Positions 15,557 to 28,150 of a stretch of 64,000 nucleotides of DNA are shown here, in pieces (within the stretch, counting starts at the first letter, position 1; the number at the start of each line of letters is the position of its first letter). The DNA is from Flaccisagitta enflata. Taxonomy: Eukaryota. The position numbers and the translations under genes were made by a program. The notes below the pieces were generated by a model. The model saw only the letters and a program-made list of their open reading frames with translations, had not been told where the DNA came from and did no database searches. The DNA is taken from the NCBI GenBank assembly GCA_965153355.1, contig OZ231126.1, forward strand, positions 22,692,001 to 22,756,000. The letters run 5' to 3'.

Positions 15557-16476
15557 TCAGAGCGGAAACGGACACAGACTCAAGCTCAATCAGACATAGA
15601 GACAGACGTAGACAAAATGACAGATTTGGAAACAGTTAAAGACAATTAAATATGGGGACAGACAAGACACACAGACTGACAAAGAGACAGTCAAAAAGGC
15701 AGATAAAAACAAACACAGAAGGGAAATCAGGGTGAACGCCACTTATTTAAATCAACACTCGCTATTACATAGTTAAACGTTCATAATGACATAAATCCAG
15801 TGCATTTGATCGGAAACTTTTCCGTGATGAAAACTTGCGATACAGAAAAGAGTCACCCAAGGGTAGTACGTAAGTATACTTAAAAAAAACGTAAGGTAAA
15901 TGCGGTTGACCAACTCACGCATAAGGAATGGGGGAGAGTAAGGTAAATGCTTACCAAGAAAAGGTAGGGACATGGTAAAGATATTAAGTTCATTTAACTA
16001 CGCACGTAGCCTACGCAGGTTAGAAGGCAGCTAAATCACGTTGTGGGACATAGGGGGGCTCGGAAAGGCCCCTGAAACATGAGGGAAAAGAAGAAACAAA
16101 TAAAAGGGGGAAAAAATGAGGAAAAGCAAAGAATGAAAAAAAGAAGAAAAGAAAGGAAAGGATAAAATAAAAAGATAAATAAAATGATTTTAAGGAAAGG
16201 TTCAATTAAGATAAATAGAAAAATTGATAAATGCTCAATTTTTTCCTAGCACCTTAGCATAGGTGTTTTATTGTTTTTTTTTCTTTTCTTTTCGTCTTTT
16301 TTTTTATGGGGGTAGATAGGGGCAGCGGCCTAGAGGGTCAGTGGAGGGCTCGGTTGGTTCACCACTGCCCCCGCCCACCTGCACGTGGCTTGGGTAACCG
16401 TGTATCCAGCCTTGTTTTCTAATGAATCGATTTAGATTTGATATGAAAGAGAAGAGGTTTTTTGGTTTGTGAATCT

Positions 16477-16560
16477 CACTCACTCACTCACTCACTCACT
16501 CACTCACTCACTCACTCACTCACTCACTCACTCACTCACTCACTCACTCACTCACTCACT
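16477..16560. repeat. (CACT)n microsatellite
   Basis: Direct reading. Confidence 0.95.
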
Positions 16561-16689
16561 CTCTTAGGAGTAGACAGAAATCAACGCGATGATTATGGCC
16601 ACAAGAATTCGCAGTTCACTCCTGGCAAAATGTAAAAAAAAAGATTAGTTCTGTGTAGAAAAAGTATATTCATTCATAAGTTTCCGCTA

Positions 16690-16862
16690 CAGTTGAACCC
16701 CGCTCCAACGGCCTCGCTTTCAATGGAATTCCGCATATAACAAATACTAGTTCCTAGTCCCTTTAATCAGTTTTCTTCTATTTCTTAAGTTGGCTCAAAA
16801 TTCCACTTATAACAAATAAAATTTGTTAGTCCTCTGAAATCCGTTTCAGCGGAATTTAACTG
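16690..16862. mobile_element. Short pogo/Tc1-type MITE
   Basis: TA|CAGTTGAACCCCGCTCCAACGG ... CCGTTTCAGCGGAATTTAACTG|TA. Confidence 0.75.
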
Positions 16863-18619
16863 TATTTTCAAAGAGTCAATTTATGATTATCAAACTGCTT
16901 CTGCACTAAACATACCCACGTGATTATCTCAGGTTCAGAACGACTGCAATCAAAGAACGTTCGAAAGCTCAAATGAATAGGTGACGTCATAGAGTCAGTT
17001 GGAGGCTATAAGATGAAGGTAAAAAAACACGCCCGAGTAGGCCAACAATGCGCCCTCTATGAATGAGCGTTTTTCATGAATGAAAGTTTTTATAAGTGAA
17101 TTTTGTTGGTGAATGATAATTGGTATTGCTTTTTGAAGAAAAAGCCTTGGACCAACCAACCATCCAACTGACCGATGGACACGACCTCTTATGTCAGGAT
17201 GCAAACGAAGAGAAAATTTGATTTTCAGTCACAATAAACTGTTATATATAGTTATCCTAATATGTAATAAGTTTTGAAATAAAGGTTGAAATAAACATAG
17301 AAATAAAAAAAAGCTTCTTTGTATATTCATAAAGATCAAAGTTTTTCAATAAAATAAAAAAAAAATTCAGAAAGTTATTAGGTAAAATTATGATTTTGCT
17401 TTTGAATGCAAAATTTTGCATTTTAAAACACATAGCCCTCATCTTATGAGTTTTTTAAAAAACGCCATGTTTTAGAAAATGACAATTTTTGAATCTCTAT
17501 GCAATGTTATAATTCAATTTAAGACAAATTTTTTTTTGTATTACCTTTATCTTTACATTCCAAGTTACTTTGGATACAAAAATAGTTTTTAATGCAAAAT
17601 AGTTTAAACATAAACTAATCATCATTTTTTATTAATGAATTTTGAAAATTAACAATGTTTATGATATTGCAAAAAATGTGTTGACTGATCAAAGTTTGTC
17701 TTCGATTGCACCCTGACTTATAGAGATGCGAGGACGCATCTAATAAGTGATTACCCAAGTTCTGCACGCACATCTCTAGAAATCCACCTAAAAGAATTTC
17801 AGGCCTGTATACAGTTGCAAATTTTATAATGCTCAACAGAGGAGCTGCATACTATTTTATAATCATATCATTAAAACAAGAGAATGAAATGATTAATGAA
17901 ACAAGGCACGGACAGTTGGGCAAGAGCAGTAATGCAAAGATTGAACGCAATTCAGAAATGTTACTGACGGACGGATGGACCGACACGGCAAGGTGTAGAG
18001 TCGTGTGTCCGCGACTAAAAATAGATGAATGTTTGACAAATAATTGAGAATAAAATTGAATTGGTAAAGAATTCAAATAATCTATTTTGCAAGAGATGTG
18101 ATAATGCACAAAAAACTTAAGGTCAAAAATAGTTTAAAAAAACTGCAATTATTCATATTTCCACTCATACGAGAGAGTGCAAGCAGAGCATGCGGCTAGC
18201 ATAGCTTGTTTACAAAGGCACGCTCTATTTTCAGGACTGCTTAGCCAGCTATTTTTGAAAAAAAAAAAATACAGAACCAAAAGATATAACATTTTATTAA
18301 CCAAATGAAAAAATACTCCAGTCTCCAGTCATTGATCATTCATGACTCTTTTCAAAGTGACTGTGAATTGGTTCTCAAATCAATCAGATTATTAATAAAC
18401 AAGCTTGATCATCACAGATTAATCCCGATCGCATCATTCAAAAACCACAAGGGAAAAAGACTAGTGACGTCTTTGCGTCGACGCAACTCAAGGACGAAGG
18501 TGAGAAGGGAAAAAATAATGATAGGGCCATATGCAAACATGTTGACAACAAGGCTATAAACACTCTCCCCTTCCCTCCCTTCCCCCATCGCGGACTGGTT
18601 GGCAAGAGCGGAAGACCAT

Positions 18620-18767
18620 AACAAGGCTGGATACACGGCAGGACAGTCTCGGACGGTTGGGCAGGAGCAGTAATGCAAAAACCGCTCGCAATTCAGAAAT
18701 GTGACGGACCGACCGACGGACTGACCGACACGGCAAGGTGTCGAGTTGCGTGTCCGCGACTAAAAAA
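18620..18767 (-). mobile_element. Helentron/DINE-1-like element (family 1)
   Basis: AACAAGGCTGGATACACGGC ... CGCGACTAAAAA, the reverse complement of the family consensus. Confidence 0.75.
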
Positions 18768-20268
18768 TGACATTGTGACGTGATGGACCAATGAACAGAT
18801 CGAGCGACACAGCAACGTTACAAAAAGACGCAACCCAAAACCCTGCAATTTAAGCCCGGCGTCAATTTCTCTTATTTAGTTGCATACTAGTGTCTCTTCA
18901 AGGGATTGTGATTTACGCTGTAAACGAGTGCATAAAGGGAGCGATTACGATCGTTGTCAGTTGAAACACGCCTTTTGCCTACTCGTGAATGAACTTTGAC
19001 CAGAGCAGGGGGAATGACAAATAGACTTAAATGGACAAGTAGGCACTACCCGCCAGAACACGGAGTGAGTTGAGGTTGATTGATCATCCTTAACTATGAT
19101 GGTTTTTGGGTCATTGTGGTGTGTACAAAACAAATCTAAAAAAAACTAAAGGTCATTTCCACAATGAACCGGCCCAGCTGAAATTCATGATATAACAGGC
19201 AAAAAAATATTCTTTATTATACTAATATTTTTTTTCATGATGAAAGCTGTTGTAACACATTACTTGGGATCCAGTGTCTAGCTAATATCCTTCATACTTG
19301 AAATTTTTATTAGCTATGTAGCAAAACATAAGCCAAAATCACCCCTTTTTAGTCGCGTGCACGCGACTTTACAACCGCTTTGTCTGTCCATCCGTCCGTC
19401 AGTCCGTCACACTTTTACTTTTTTTTATCAATTCTTTTTTAAGTCATTCAAAGTCATTTAAAAGTATAGTGAGTCATTCTAAGTCATTCTAAGTTAATCT
19501 GTAAGTCTCACGCGACTTATAGGTGTTGGCCGTGTTTTATGTCACACTGGTGTCACACTCAAAACCACACATCAAAAAACTGTTAAGCATACCCAACTTT
19601 AAGTAATTTTTGTTTAAATGCAATCCTTGAGGAAGAACTAAAGATTTGATGGTATCCAGTTGTCTTTTACTAGAGAAAAATTTCACTTACAGTTGATATG
19701 TCCAAAATGATGATTTTTCTGATTTAGATATATACGTATACTATACTTTAAAGGGCAATATCTTAGATATTATTGAAAATTTCTTTTTTCCCCCCTTTAG
19801 TACAGACATATGTTACATGCAAAATTTCAGACCTTATTGTCAATTCTAGCTGGAGATATTGATTTTTTAAAGGAGTGTCCTAATTTGTTAACACCCTGTT
19901 ACACTTTTGTTACTCTGATTATGATAGAAATTAACATAGTTGAATATATTTTGAGTATAAGAATATTCTTTTTTATATGATTTAAAAGAGTATCAAATTC
20001 TGAGAATACGGCTCAAATTTCAGGCTATTAGATGCAACCATCATAAAATCATAACATTTTTAACAATGTTAACAAATTCAGATTGCTTATTTCCGCCAGT
20101 CTAGATTATTGTGGAAATTGCCTAAATCACTTTTGGGGCGCTTTAAGAAATATTTGCAAAAAAGGTGTAAATTTAGTACATTTTTGATCATAACTCTTTG
20201 AGATGATCTTTTTTGGAACTAAATTTATACTATTTCTATAAATATATCAAATAAAGCTCGAAAAATGA

Positions 20269-20500
20269 TTTTTTAGTCGCGTGCTATGCGACTCTACACC
20301 CCGCTTTGTCGGTCTATCGGTCCGTCCGTCGGTCCGTCGGTCCGTCCGTCGGTCCGTCGGTCCGTCGGTCCGTCACACTTTACTTTTTCGGCGTTAATGG
20401 GGTTTTTGGCCTTACTGCTCCTGCCCAAATGCTCACTGACTTCAATTATGGCCCCTGCCCACCCGCACGCGACTGGGGTAGCCGTGTATCCGGCCTTGTT
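20269..20500 (+). mobile_element. Helentron/DINE-1-like element (family 1), well-preserved copy
   Basis: TTTTTAGTCGCGTGCTATGCGACT, (GTCGGTCC)n, CACGCGACTGGGGTAGCCGTGTATCCGGCCTTGTT. Confidence 0.8.
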
Positions 20501-20704
20501 TTTTTTAGATTTGTAATATACACATAATAAGGACTCAAAATCTATCAGAGTTACCAGTAATGGCGGCTGTCGCCGTGAGGAAAAAAGTCGTAAGCGTTGT
20601 TCACTTTTCACCAAGCTTTTGTTTTCAGTCATTGCAACTTTTTATTTGTTAGATCAAATTAAGAGCAATTGTATATAGTGGTTGCACTGAAAATCAGAGA
20701 AAAA

Positions 20705-21130
20705 TAGGACTGAGCCAAATGAGCTAGATGAGCTAAAATATTCAAAATCACTCAATTACGCAACCAGCTATGCTTACTGAGATGCTTTCTTATATTTGCA
20801 TGCTTAAATCAAAACATTTATTTATTCATCGGTTTTGAAATCAGAAAAAAAGAGCAAGCTTAATGAGCTAAATGAGCTAGAATATTTAAAAACACCCTCA
20901 CAGATGAGCAGCTCTGCTCACTGACATGCTTTCTTACAATTGCTTGCTTAAACATCTATCAATATATTTGCTTATTTATTGCATTTGAAATCGGAAGAAA
21001 AAAAAACTGAGCTAAGTGAGCTAAATGAGCTAAAATGCACAAAATCATCCTCACATATGAGCAGCTATGCTCATGAACATGTTTTTTTTGTATTTGCATG
21101 CTTAACCAAACTTAGATACACTCCTTTATT
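20705..21130. repeat. Three degenerate tandem units of about 150 bp (GAGCTAAATGAGCTAAAAT...); related copy at about 28680-28830
   Basis: Repeated 'gagctaaatgagcta...atgagcagct.tgct' blocks near 20712, 20865 and 21018. Confidence 0.6.
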
Positions 21131-21494
21131 GATCCTACACAAAATCATAAAAAATCGAAAAAAATTCAATTTGAATTTTTTGTAAATAAATCTTTAAAAA
21201 TTCATAACGCAAAAAATATTTGTCCCAGAGACTTCTGCTTAGCGCCAAATGAAAGAGAATTATCAAATTTACTTACCCTATCAATTTCATTTGAGGGACC
21301 AATCGCCCTAAGGAGTTCCAAAACTTTCTCATAAGAAAATGAAAACCCTGTTTCTCTCGAATATGTCAAAAAGTCGAAGACTTACTTCGACTTTTTTCCC
21401 GATAAATGATTATTCTACGTAAACTCATTCCGTGTTCTGGCGGAGTGTAGGGTCTGTTTCTAAAAAAGAAAACCGCGTTTCGAAAGTGCCACAG

Positions 21495-21765
21495 AGGGCG
21501 TGTTTCTAGTGACCGCCAAAAACGCGTTTGTTCCCGTGAAAAGCGATCATAGTGTGAACATGTATTCAAGAATTGTAACTGTCCCACGAGGGAGTGAGCA
21601 AAGTGAGTGATCGAGCCCGTGAACGGAGCAAGTAAGCAAAGCGAGCGTAGTGAAGCCAAGTGCTGCGGAGAGAGTGAGCGGAGTGAGCGATGCGAGCGAA
21701 CGAATGTATTGAGCGGCTGAGTGGCCTGTTAAAAACGCGTTTGTCTGTGACTAGAAACATCCCCT
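21495..21765. mobile_element. TIR MITE (GGGCGTGTTTCT ... AGAAAC[A/G]YCCC) with a GAGCG-rich interior; second copy 39301-39571, inverted partial copy about 21775-21962
   Basis: Terminal inverted sequences and internal similarity between the copies. Confidence 0.7.
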
Positions 21766-22539
21766 CAGTCGCTGAATACGTGTTCGCTCACACCGCTCAC
21801 TTGCTCCACAGCACTCCACTTTGCTAAGCTCGCTTTGCTGGTTTGCTCTTTTCACAGGCCTGCTCAATCACTTTGCTCATTCCATGGGACATTGGGACAG
21901 ATGGCAGTTTAGGCTGAAAACATGGAGTAAAAGGATTGATTGTCAGTAGAAACACGCCCTGAGAACGACTCAGAATGACTTGAATTGCCTCAAAAAAAAA
22001 TATCGAATAAACGAATGAAAGCAAGGAACCCCCCCTCCCCGCCAAAAAAAAAAAAAAAAAAAAACGAAAAATAATAGAGAAAGAAAGAAAACGAGAAGGA
22101 AAGAGAGGAAGTACGAACGCGAGAAAGGGGCCAAATGGAAAACTGATGGATATACACATAGCGATTGATAAAGTGATTATTTTGTCTGAAGATGAAGTAT
22201 TCATTTTGGTAAAGGATAGTTGTGAGGTGTCCGGATTAGGCACTAATGAGAGTTCCCAAGACTCTCATCCTTCGTTCTTTGGGCAGCGGCCCAAAAGGGG
22301 ACGAAGTCCTGTAAAACACAGGGAGACTTTTGTTCGTTTGTCCATCCCTTCAGTTTGTTAATTCATCCCCCCCCTTCCCCCAATTCACCTCTCGGACTGA
22401 AACCTGCCTTCTCAGCCCTAGAATTTGTCCTCTCAGGCCCAAGCTCTCTCCTCTCAGGCCCAAAATCTGCCTTCTCAGGCCCAAAATCTTCCCTCTTTAG
22501 CCTGATATTGGCCCTCTCTGGCGCTTTTAGAAATATGTG

Positions 22540-23720
22540 CAAACAGGTCGCCCAAGTGTGACTGTAGCTGATGGTTAGCAGGGCAGCGGCCCCGAAGGGG
22601 ATGATGTCCTGTAGAACACAGGGGGACTTTCATTCGTTCATTTGCTTGCTGAAGCTGGTATTTGAGCCGCAAGGCTGAGATTTAAGCCGCAAGGCTGAGA
22701 TTTAAGCCTTGAGACTGAGATTTAAGCCTTGAGAGGGGGATTAAAGCCTTGAGGATAGGACTCCAGCCTCAACGCTGAGATTTGCGACTCGAGGCTGGAA
22801 TTGAGCCTCAAGGCTGAGATTTAAGCCTCAAGGCTGAGATTTAAGCCTCAAGGCTGAGATTTAAGCCTCAAGGCTGAGATTTAAGCCTCAAGGCTGGAAT
22901 TTGAGCCTCAAGGCTGGGATTTGAGCCTCGAGGCTAAGATATTAGCTTTCAGGCTGGGATTTTAGCCACGGGGCTGATATTTCAGCCTTAAGGCTGGAAT
23001 TTGAGCCCCAAGGCTGAGATTTAAGCCTTGAGAATGGGATTTGAGTCTGGAGGTCAGGATTTGAGCCTGGAGGCTGGGATTTTAGCCTCAAGGCTACGGG
23101 GGGGTTGGGTGCTTCACATAGCAAAAGTTGTTTATTTCTTCTCGCCCTCCTTACCCAATCTGGAGTGGCCAATTTTAGGACCCTCACCATTTTCCTTTTA
23201 TCAAAAATCGTTCATCTTCCGTTTTTTAGAAAATTGTTTTTGAGGGTCTAATTTGCATAATGCAGTGGGATAAAACAATATGCTGATATGGTTTGAATTA
23301 TCTTTTACAAATTTCTTTTTTTTTCAATTTTAATTCTGCTTTTTCATAAGCTTTTTCATAGCTTATGTTTTAAGATTTTAGTTTATTTTTACAAGCGTCA
23401 TGTTTTTTTAAAACAAATAATTGTCCTTTTTGCAACAAAACTACACAGGATTTTGCTGAATTCAGGAAAATCTTTGGAAACTTAAAGGCCAAAACAAAAA
23501 CGGAAGATGAAGGAATTTCGAAAAAAGAAAAATGATCATCTTCATGATTTTTGCATCTCCACATTTCCTAAGCAGGGTGAAGGGATACTCCCAACTTTTT
23601 CTATGCGAAGCATGCAAACGGGGGGGGGGGGACAAACGGAGAAACGAACAAACAAACAAACAAACAAAAGTCCCTCTGTGCTCTACAGGACATCATCTCC
23701 TTCAGGGCCGCTGCCCAAAA
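22540..23720 (-). mobile_element. Family-2 element (GGGCAGCGGCC inverted subtermini) carrying a 20-bp minisatellite
   Basis: GGGCAGCGGCCCCGAAGGGGATGATGTCCTGTAGAACACAG (22581) is inverted to CTCTACAGGACATCATCTCCTTCAGGGCCGCTGCCCAAAA (about 23680-23720). A truncated opposite-orientation copy lies at 22278-22530. Confidence 0.7.
22662..23095. repeat. 20-bp minisatellite AGGCTGAGATTTAAGCCTCA
   Basis: About 20 copies, perfect in the centre (22811-22890); the unit contains an inverted AGGCT/AGCCT. Confidence 0.9.
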
Positions 23721-23874
23721 AGGTGTAAATTTCTTTTCAATTTCTCTGTTGACAGTAGCAGAAATTCGCCTGAAATAAATGTAATTTGTCAGTCCCTTAA
23801 CATCCCTTATTGCGGGGTTCAACTGTATTGCAAACTATTTCACCATTTTTTTGTCCCAATATCCTTTGATGTTG

Positions 23875-24070
23875 GTCTTTTGGTTGACAAAAGATTGAAT
23901 GAAAGCTTTTGGATTTTCTTAGGCGACATCATGCGGCTGGATGTTGATGCTGTCATCAATGTGGCAAATTGGTTGCTGCGTGGCGCCATTCGTCGAGGAA
24001 ACCAAGATTGAGCTGCTGGTCAAATGTAAGCTATTGGGTCGTGTTCAAGCTTACGAGCTACTTTTAAGCT
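23875..24070 (+). pseudogene. Decayed macrodomain (MacroD-type) fragment
   Basis: VDKRLNESFWIFLGDIMRLDVDAVINVANWLLRGAIRRG compared with MacroD [41 protein letters not shown]; the glycine loop is deleted and a stop follows at 24009-11. Confidence 0.6.
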
Positions 24071-24609
24071 AATAAGTCAGAAATGTAAATTTTCCTGGGA
24101 CAGCGGCGTAGAAGAGATAGATAACCATGGGTAAAAACTAAACATACATGGCGGTTTTTATGCCTTTGACCGGCTCAATGAAAACAAAAAAATTGGTGAC
24201 TGTTTGAAAGATATTAGAAAGTTCTTCAAATGTAGACCAAGCAAAAAGTTGTAGCTCAATTTGTTTAGAAATGGAAACAGTGAAACATAACTTATTTTCT
24301 ACAAAATGGTGCCTAGCAGACCTTTCTAAGTCAGTTTAGAAATGGTAATAAAACAAAGACATTTAGTCTATGATTCAAGTTGGTAAAAAACGTTATATCT
24401 GGCAGATTTTTTTGTCCGCGACGGAATACCATTCCGACGCGGACTATAATTCGAGGCGGGTGGGTGTCGTCGTCGTTGTTGTCGTCGTCGTTGTCCACAC
24501 TTTTAAAAATGGGCTAACTTTTGAACGCCTTGACCGATTTGCTTCATATTTGGAGGGAAGTTGTACTAGGGTAAGCCACTTTACATCCTATGCGTATGTC
24601 ATGATCCGA

Positions 24610-25185
24610 CCCACCCAACCGGCCCAACCAGCCTACCAGCCTAAAAGTGAAAAATGTGCATAACTTCGGCATTTTTCAACCGATTTGGTTGAAACTTGGT
24701 ATGTAGTCTCTAAATGGAAGGACTCAACATATGCATTTGATCTGTACCGATTTTAGCATGTTAACCGGCCAAACCGGCCTACCACCCAACCAGCCTACCA
24801 GCCTAAAAGCGAAAAACGTGCACAACTTCGTCATTTTTCAACCAATTTGGTTGAAACTCGGTATGTAGTCTCTAAATGAAAGAGTTCAACATATGTATTT
24901 GAATTGTAAAGGTTTTAGCATGCTAACCGGCCAAACCAGCCTACCACCCAACTGGCCTACCAGCCTAAAAGTTAAAATTGTGCATAACTTCGGGATTTTT
25001 CAACCAATTTGGTTGAAACTTGGTATGTAGTCTCTTAATGGAAGGAATCAACATATGTATTTGAATTGTATAGATTTTAGCATGTTAACCGGCCAAACCA
25101 GCCTACCATCCAACTACCCTCCACCCAACTAGCCTACCAGCCTAAAAGTGAAAAGTGTGCATAACTTCGGCATTTTTCAACCAAC
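24610..25185. repeat. About 162-bp tandem repeat, about 3.5 copies
   Basis: CCTACCAGCCTAAAAG recurs at about 24632, 24794, 24956 and 25133. Confidence 0.9.
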
Positions 25186-26258
25186 AATGTCATTTGATTA
25201 TGTCATTTGAAAATGTCGTTTGATAATGTTGTTTGATAATGTCGTTTAATAATGTCGTTTAACAATGTCGTTTGACAATGTTGTTTGACAACGTTGTTTG
25301 ACAATGTCGTTTGGCAATGTCGTTTGACAATGTCGTTTGACAATGTCGTTTGACAATGCCGTTTTACAATGCCGTATTACAACGCCGCATTACAACGCCG
25401 TATTAAAACGCCGTATTACAATGCTGTATTACAACGCCGTATTACAACGCCGTATTACAACGCCGTATTACAACGCCGTGTTACAACGCCGTGTTACAAC
25501 GCCGTGTTACAACGCCGTAGTACAACGCCGTAGTACAACGCCGTATTACAACTCCGTAGTACAACGCCGTATTACAACTCTGTATTACAATTCCGTTTGA
25601 CAACGCCGTTTGACATCGCCGTTTGACAACGCCGTTTGATATCGCCGTTTGACAACGCCGTTTGACAACGCCGTTTGAGAACGCCGTTTGACAACGCCGT
25701 TTGACAACGCCGTTTGACAACGCCGTTTGACAACGCCGTTTGACAACGCCGTTTGACAACGCCGTTTGACAACGCCGTTTGACAATGTCGTTTGACAATG
25801 TCGTTTGACAATGTTGTTTGACAATGTCGTTTGACAATGTTGTTTGACAACGTTGTTTGACAATGTCGTTTGGCAATGTCGTTTGGCAATGTCGTTTGGC
25901 AATGTCGTTTGGCAATGTCGTTAGACAATGTCGTTTGACAATGTCGTTTGACAATGTTGTTTGACAACGCCATTTTACAACGCCGTATTACAACGCCGTG
26001 TTACAACGTCGTGTTACAACGCCGTGTTACAACGCCGTGTTACAACGCCGTGTAACAACGCCGTGTTATAACGCCGTAGTACAACGCCGTAGTACAACGC
26101 TGTAGTACAACGCCGTATTACAACTCCGTATTACAATTCCGTTTGACAACGCCGTTTGACATCGCCGTTTGACAACGCCGTTTGACAACGCCGTTTGACA
26201 ACGCCGTTTGACAACGCCGTTTGACAACGCCGTTTGACAACGCCGTTTGACAACGCCG
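25185..26258. repeat. 13-bp satellite (TTTGACAACGCCG and variants) with higher-order block structure
   Basis: Variants tttgacaatgtcg, tattacaacgccg and tttgacaacgccg arranged in ordered blocks. Confidence 0.95.
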
Positions 26259-27318
26259 ATTGTCCCCAGTCGCGGACCCATACTCTTTCAAGATTTTTTT
26301 CAAATTAAAACAACATCTAGAGTTTTCAAGTTAGAATTTAAAAGATTTTTTGAAGCTCTTAGAATGGTCATAGATTTTATGCACTTTCTCGAAAGCAGCA
26401 CGAAGTTATGGTAAAAATAAGCAGTGTGCGTATCTAGGCAGATGGATGTCATTCAATGATTTTTTTCCTACTCTCTCTCCCAGGTAATGACAAGTCGAGT
26501 GCTAAATTCTGGATATATTTGTTGCAAAGAAGAGACAGAAAAGAAGACGCTGATTTAAGCAGCCTGACCGGAAAGACAATATTGCATAACTACTACCAAG
26601 TGGATTTTTTACGCATAATGTTCGTCATAATGTTTAAGCTCCCAGTTCATTTATACTTGCAGAACTTCATGATAATAGTTGCATAATAGTTGCAATTTTA
26701 AGTCAGTAATGTCGATTTCATGAATTTTTTTTTCATCTTGTGAAGTATATTTTCTTGGTTTAATGTTGACCTTCAATGTAATGCATAGCCTGTACTTTCA
26801 GAAAGCTGAATAAAAATTACTTTTCACTTGTTTCCACATTGCATTATTTTGTTTACAATAATAAAGAACACTATCCGTCTGCTTGTTTGATTGTCCCTTA
26901 GTCTACTACATTTCGTTTTTGTTTAGATAATGGTTGTGATTGCACCTTCATGAAGGAAAATCGAGGCTCCGGTTTGTTATTGAATGAGGGGAATTGATAG
27001 CCTGGAGCATGATGCTCAGTGCAGTTCATTGTTCATTCTAGTCGCCTGCATGGGACTTGACCACCCGTTATGTTGGATGGCCCATTGGTCTGTCCTCTAG
27101 TCCGTTTGTTAGTTACACTTTGCTTTTTTGACAGATGGGTTATTTTGGCACCACTGCCCCTGCCCACCCACACAGGACCTGGGTAGCCGTGTATCCGGCC
27201 TTATGCTTAGTGGCAAAATAAACTCAGTATGCGCGCGTATTTTGCTTATTCTTTTTTTTATCTCTCCCAGCTAACATTTTAGATATTGAACAAGTTATGA
27301 CGAAGTTACTCATCAGCT

Positions 27319-27390
27319 GTCTCAGTGGCGTAGTTGGTAAAGTCGCCAGTAACAGTCTGCAGGGTTCCAGGATCGAATCCTGAAGTGTCA
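27319..27390 (+). mobile_element. tRNA-derived SINE head or tRNA pseudogene
   Basis: A-box TGGCGTAGTTGG and B-box-like GGATCGAATCC with T-arm CAGG/CCTG at tRNA spacing; the acceptor stem does not pair; followed by TTTT and an A-rich stretch. Confidence 0.55.
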
Positions 27391-28150
27391 TTTTGAAAAG
27401 AATTGAAGATAATATGAAGTTGAATGATTATAAAAGAATGTTATGATAGAGTAAATAAAAGTTAAGTAAAAAAAGATGTATAATAAAAGCGAAATAAATA
27501 ATGTAAAAATAAAAGTAAATAATAACAAAAATAGAAGTGAAAAATGCTTCATAAAAAGTGTGAATACAGTAAAAGTATTGAATACATATCTACCCCCTGC
27601 GCCCCTCCTCTGATTCTACTCAGTGTTCAAGCGCATACTCAGAAAGGCTTTTTTCCAAAATGGGGAAATTTTTAGATGAGAAGAGATTGAGACTTCTTCC
27701 ATCTAGAAGCGAAAAGTTGCTATTTATGCACCACAATCTGAGGTGGGTGTTAACGAGCTTTTGTAGTTGAATATTGTTTCGGAGCGTGTTTGTCCCACAC
27801 CGCCATCTAACTGCCTGGGTTCCGCGATTTTCTACGTATTTTCATACATATGAAATACATTTTATTAACAATTTCCCATTTGTTGATATACCATATTACA
27901 AGAATTCAGTTTTACAAGCTTATTTCTATCTAATGCAAATTCTTTCTTTCTAACGCAAATTCAAATCAGTTTCATTGTCAAATTGCTAGCCAGAGAAAAA
28001 ATGACAAAAAATGGACCTGATACATTTGAGTTTTGGTGACTCAGGAAGATTATTTTGAAAAACTAAAAATTGACCCGATTAATCAACCAGTCGATAGGTT
28101 CGTGACACCTCTGCTTTGAGCCACCAATCTTTCTTTGTTAAGGTAAGTCA

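Larger units (their letters stand above)
24407..26290 (+). mobile_element. Helentron/HINE-like element (family 3) enclosing two satellite arrays
   Basis: T-run then GTCCGCGAC at 24414 with a 5' hairpin and (GTC/GTT)n; inverted GTCGCGGAC at 26269-77. Confidence 0.6.

Noticed and set aside
25337-26303. ORFs with KRRCQTALSNGVV repeats
   Set aside because: Translations of the 13-bp satellite.
13166-28114. Large inverted pair of motifs (CAGAG[G]TGTCACGAAC and CAGAGGAGGGGCGCAGGG) suggesting a 15-kb element
   Set aside because: The sequence between the motifs is not colinear; more likely independent MITE ends.
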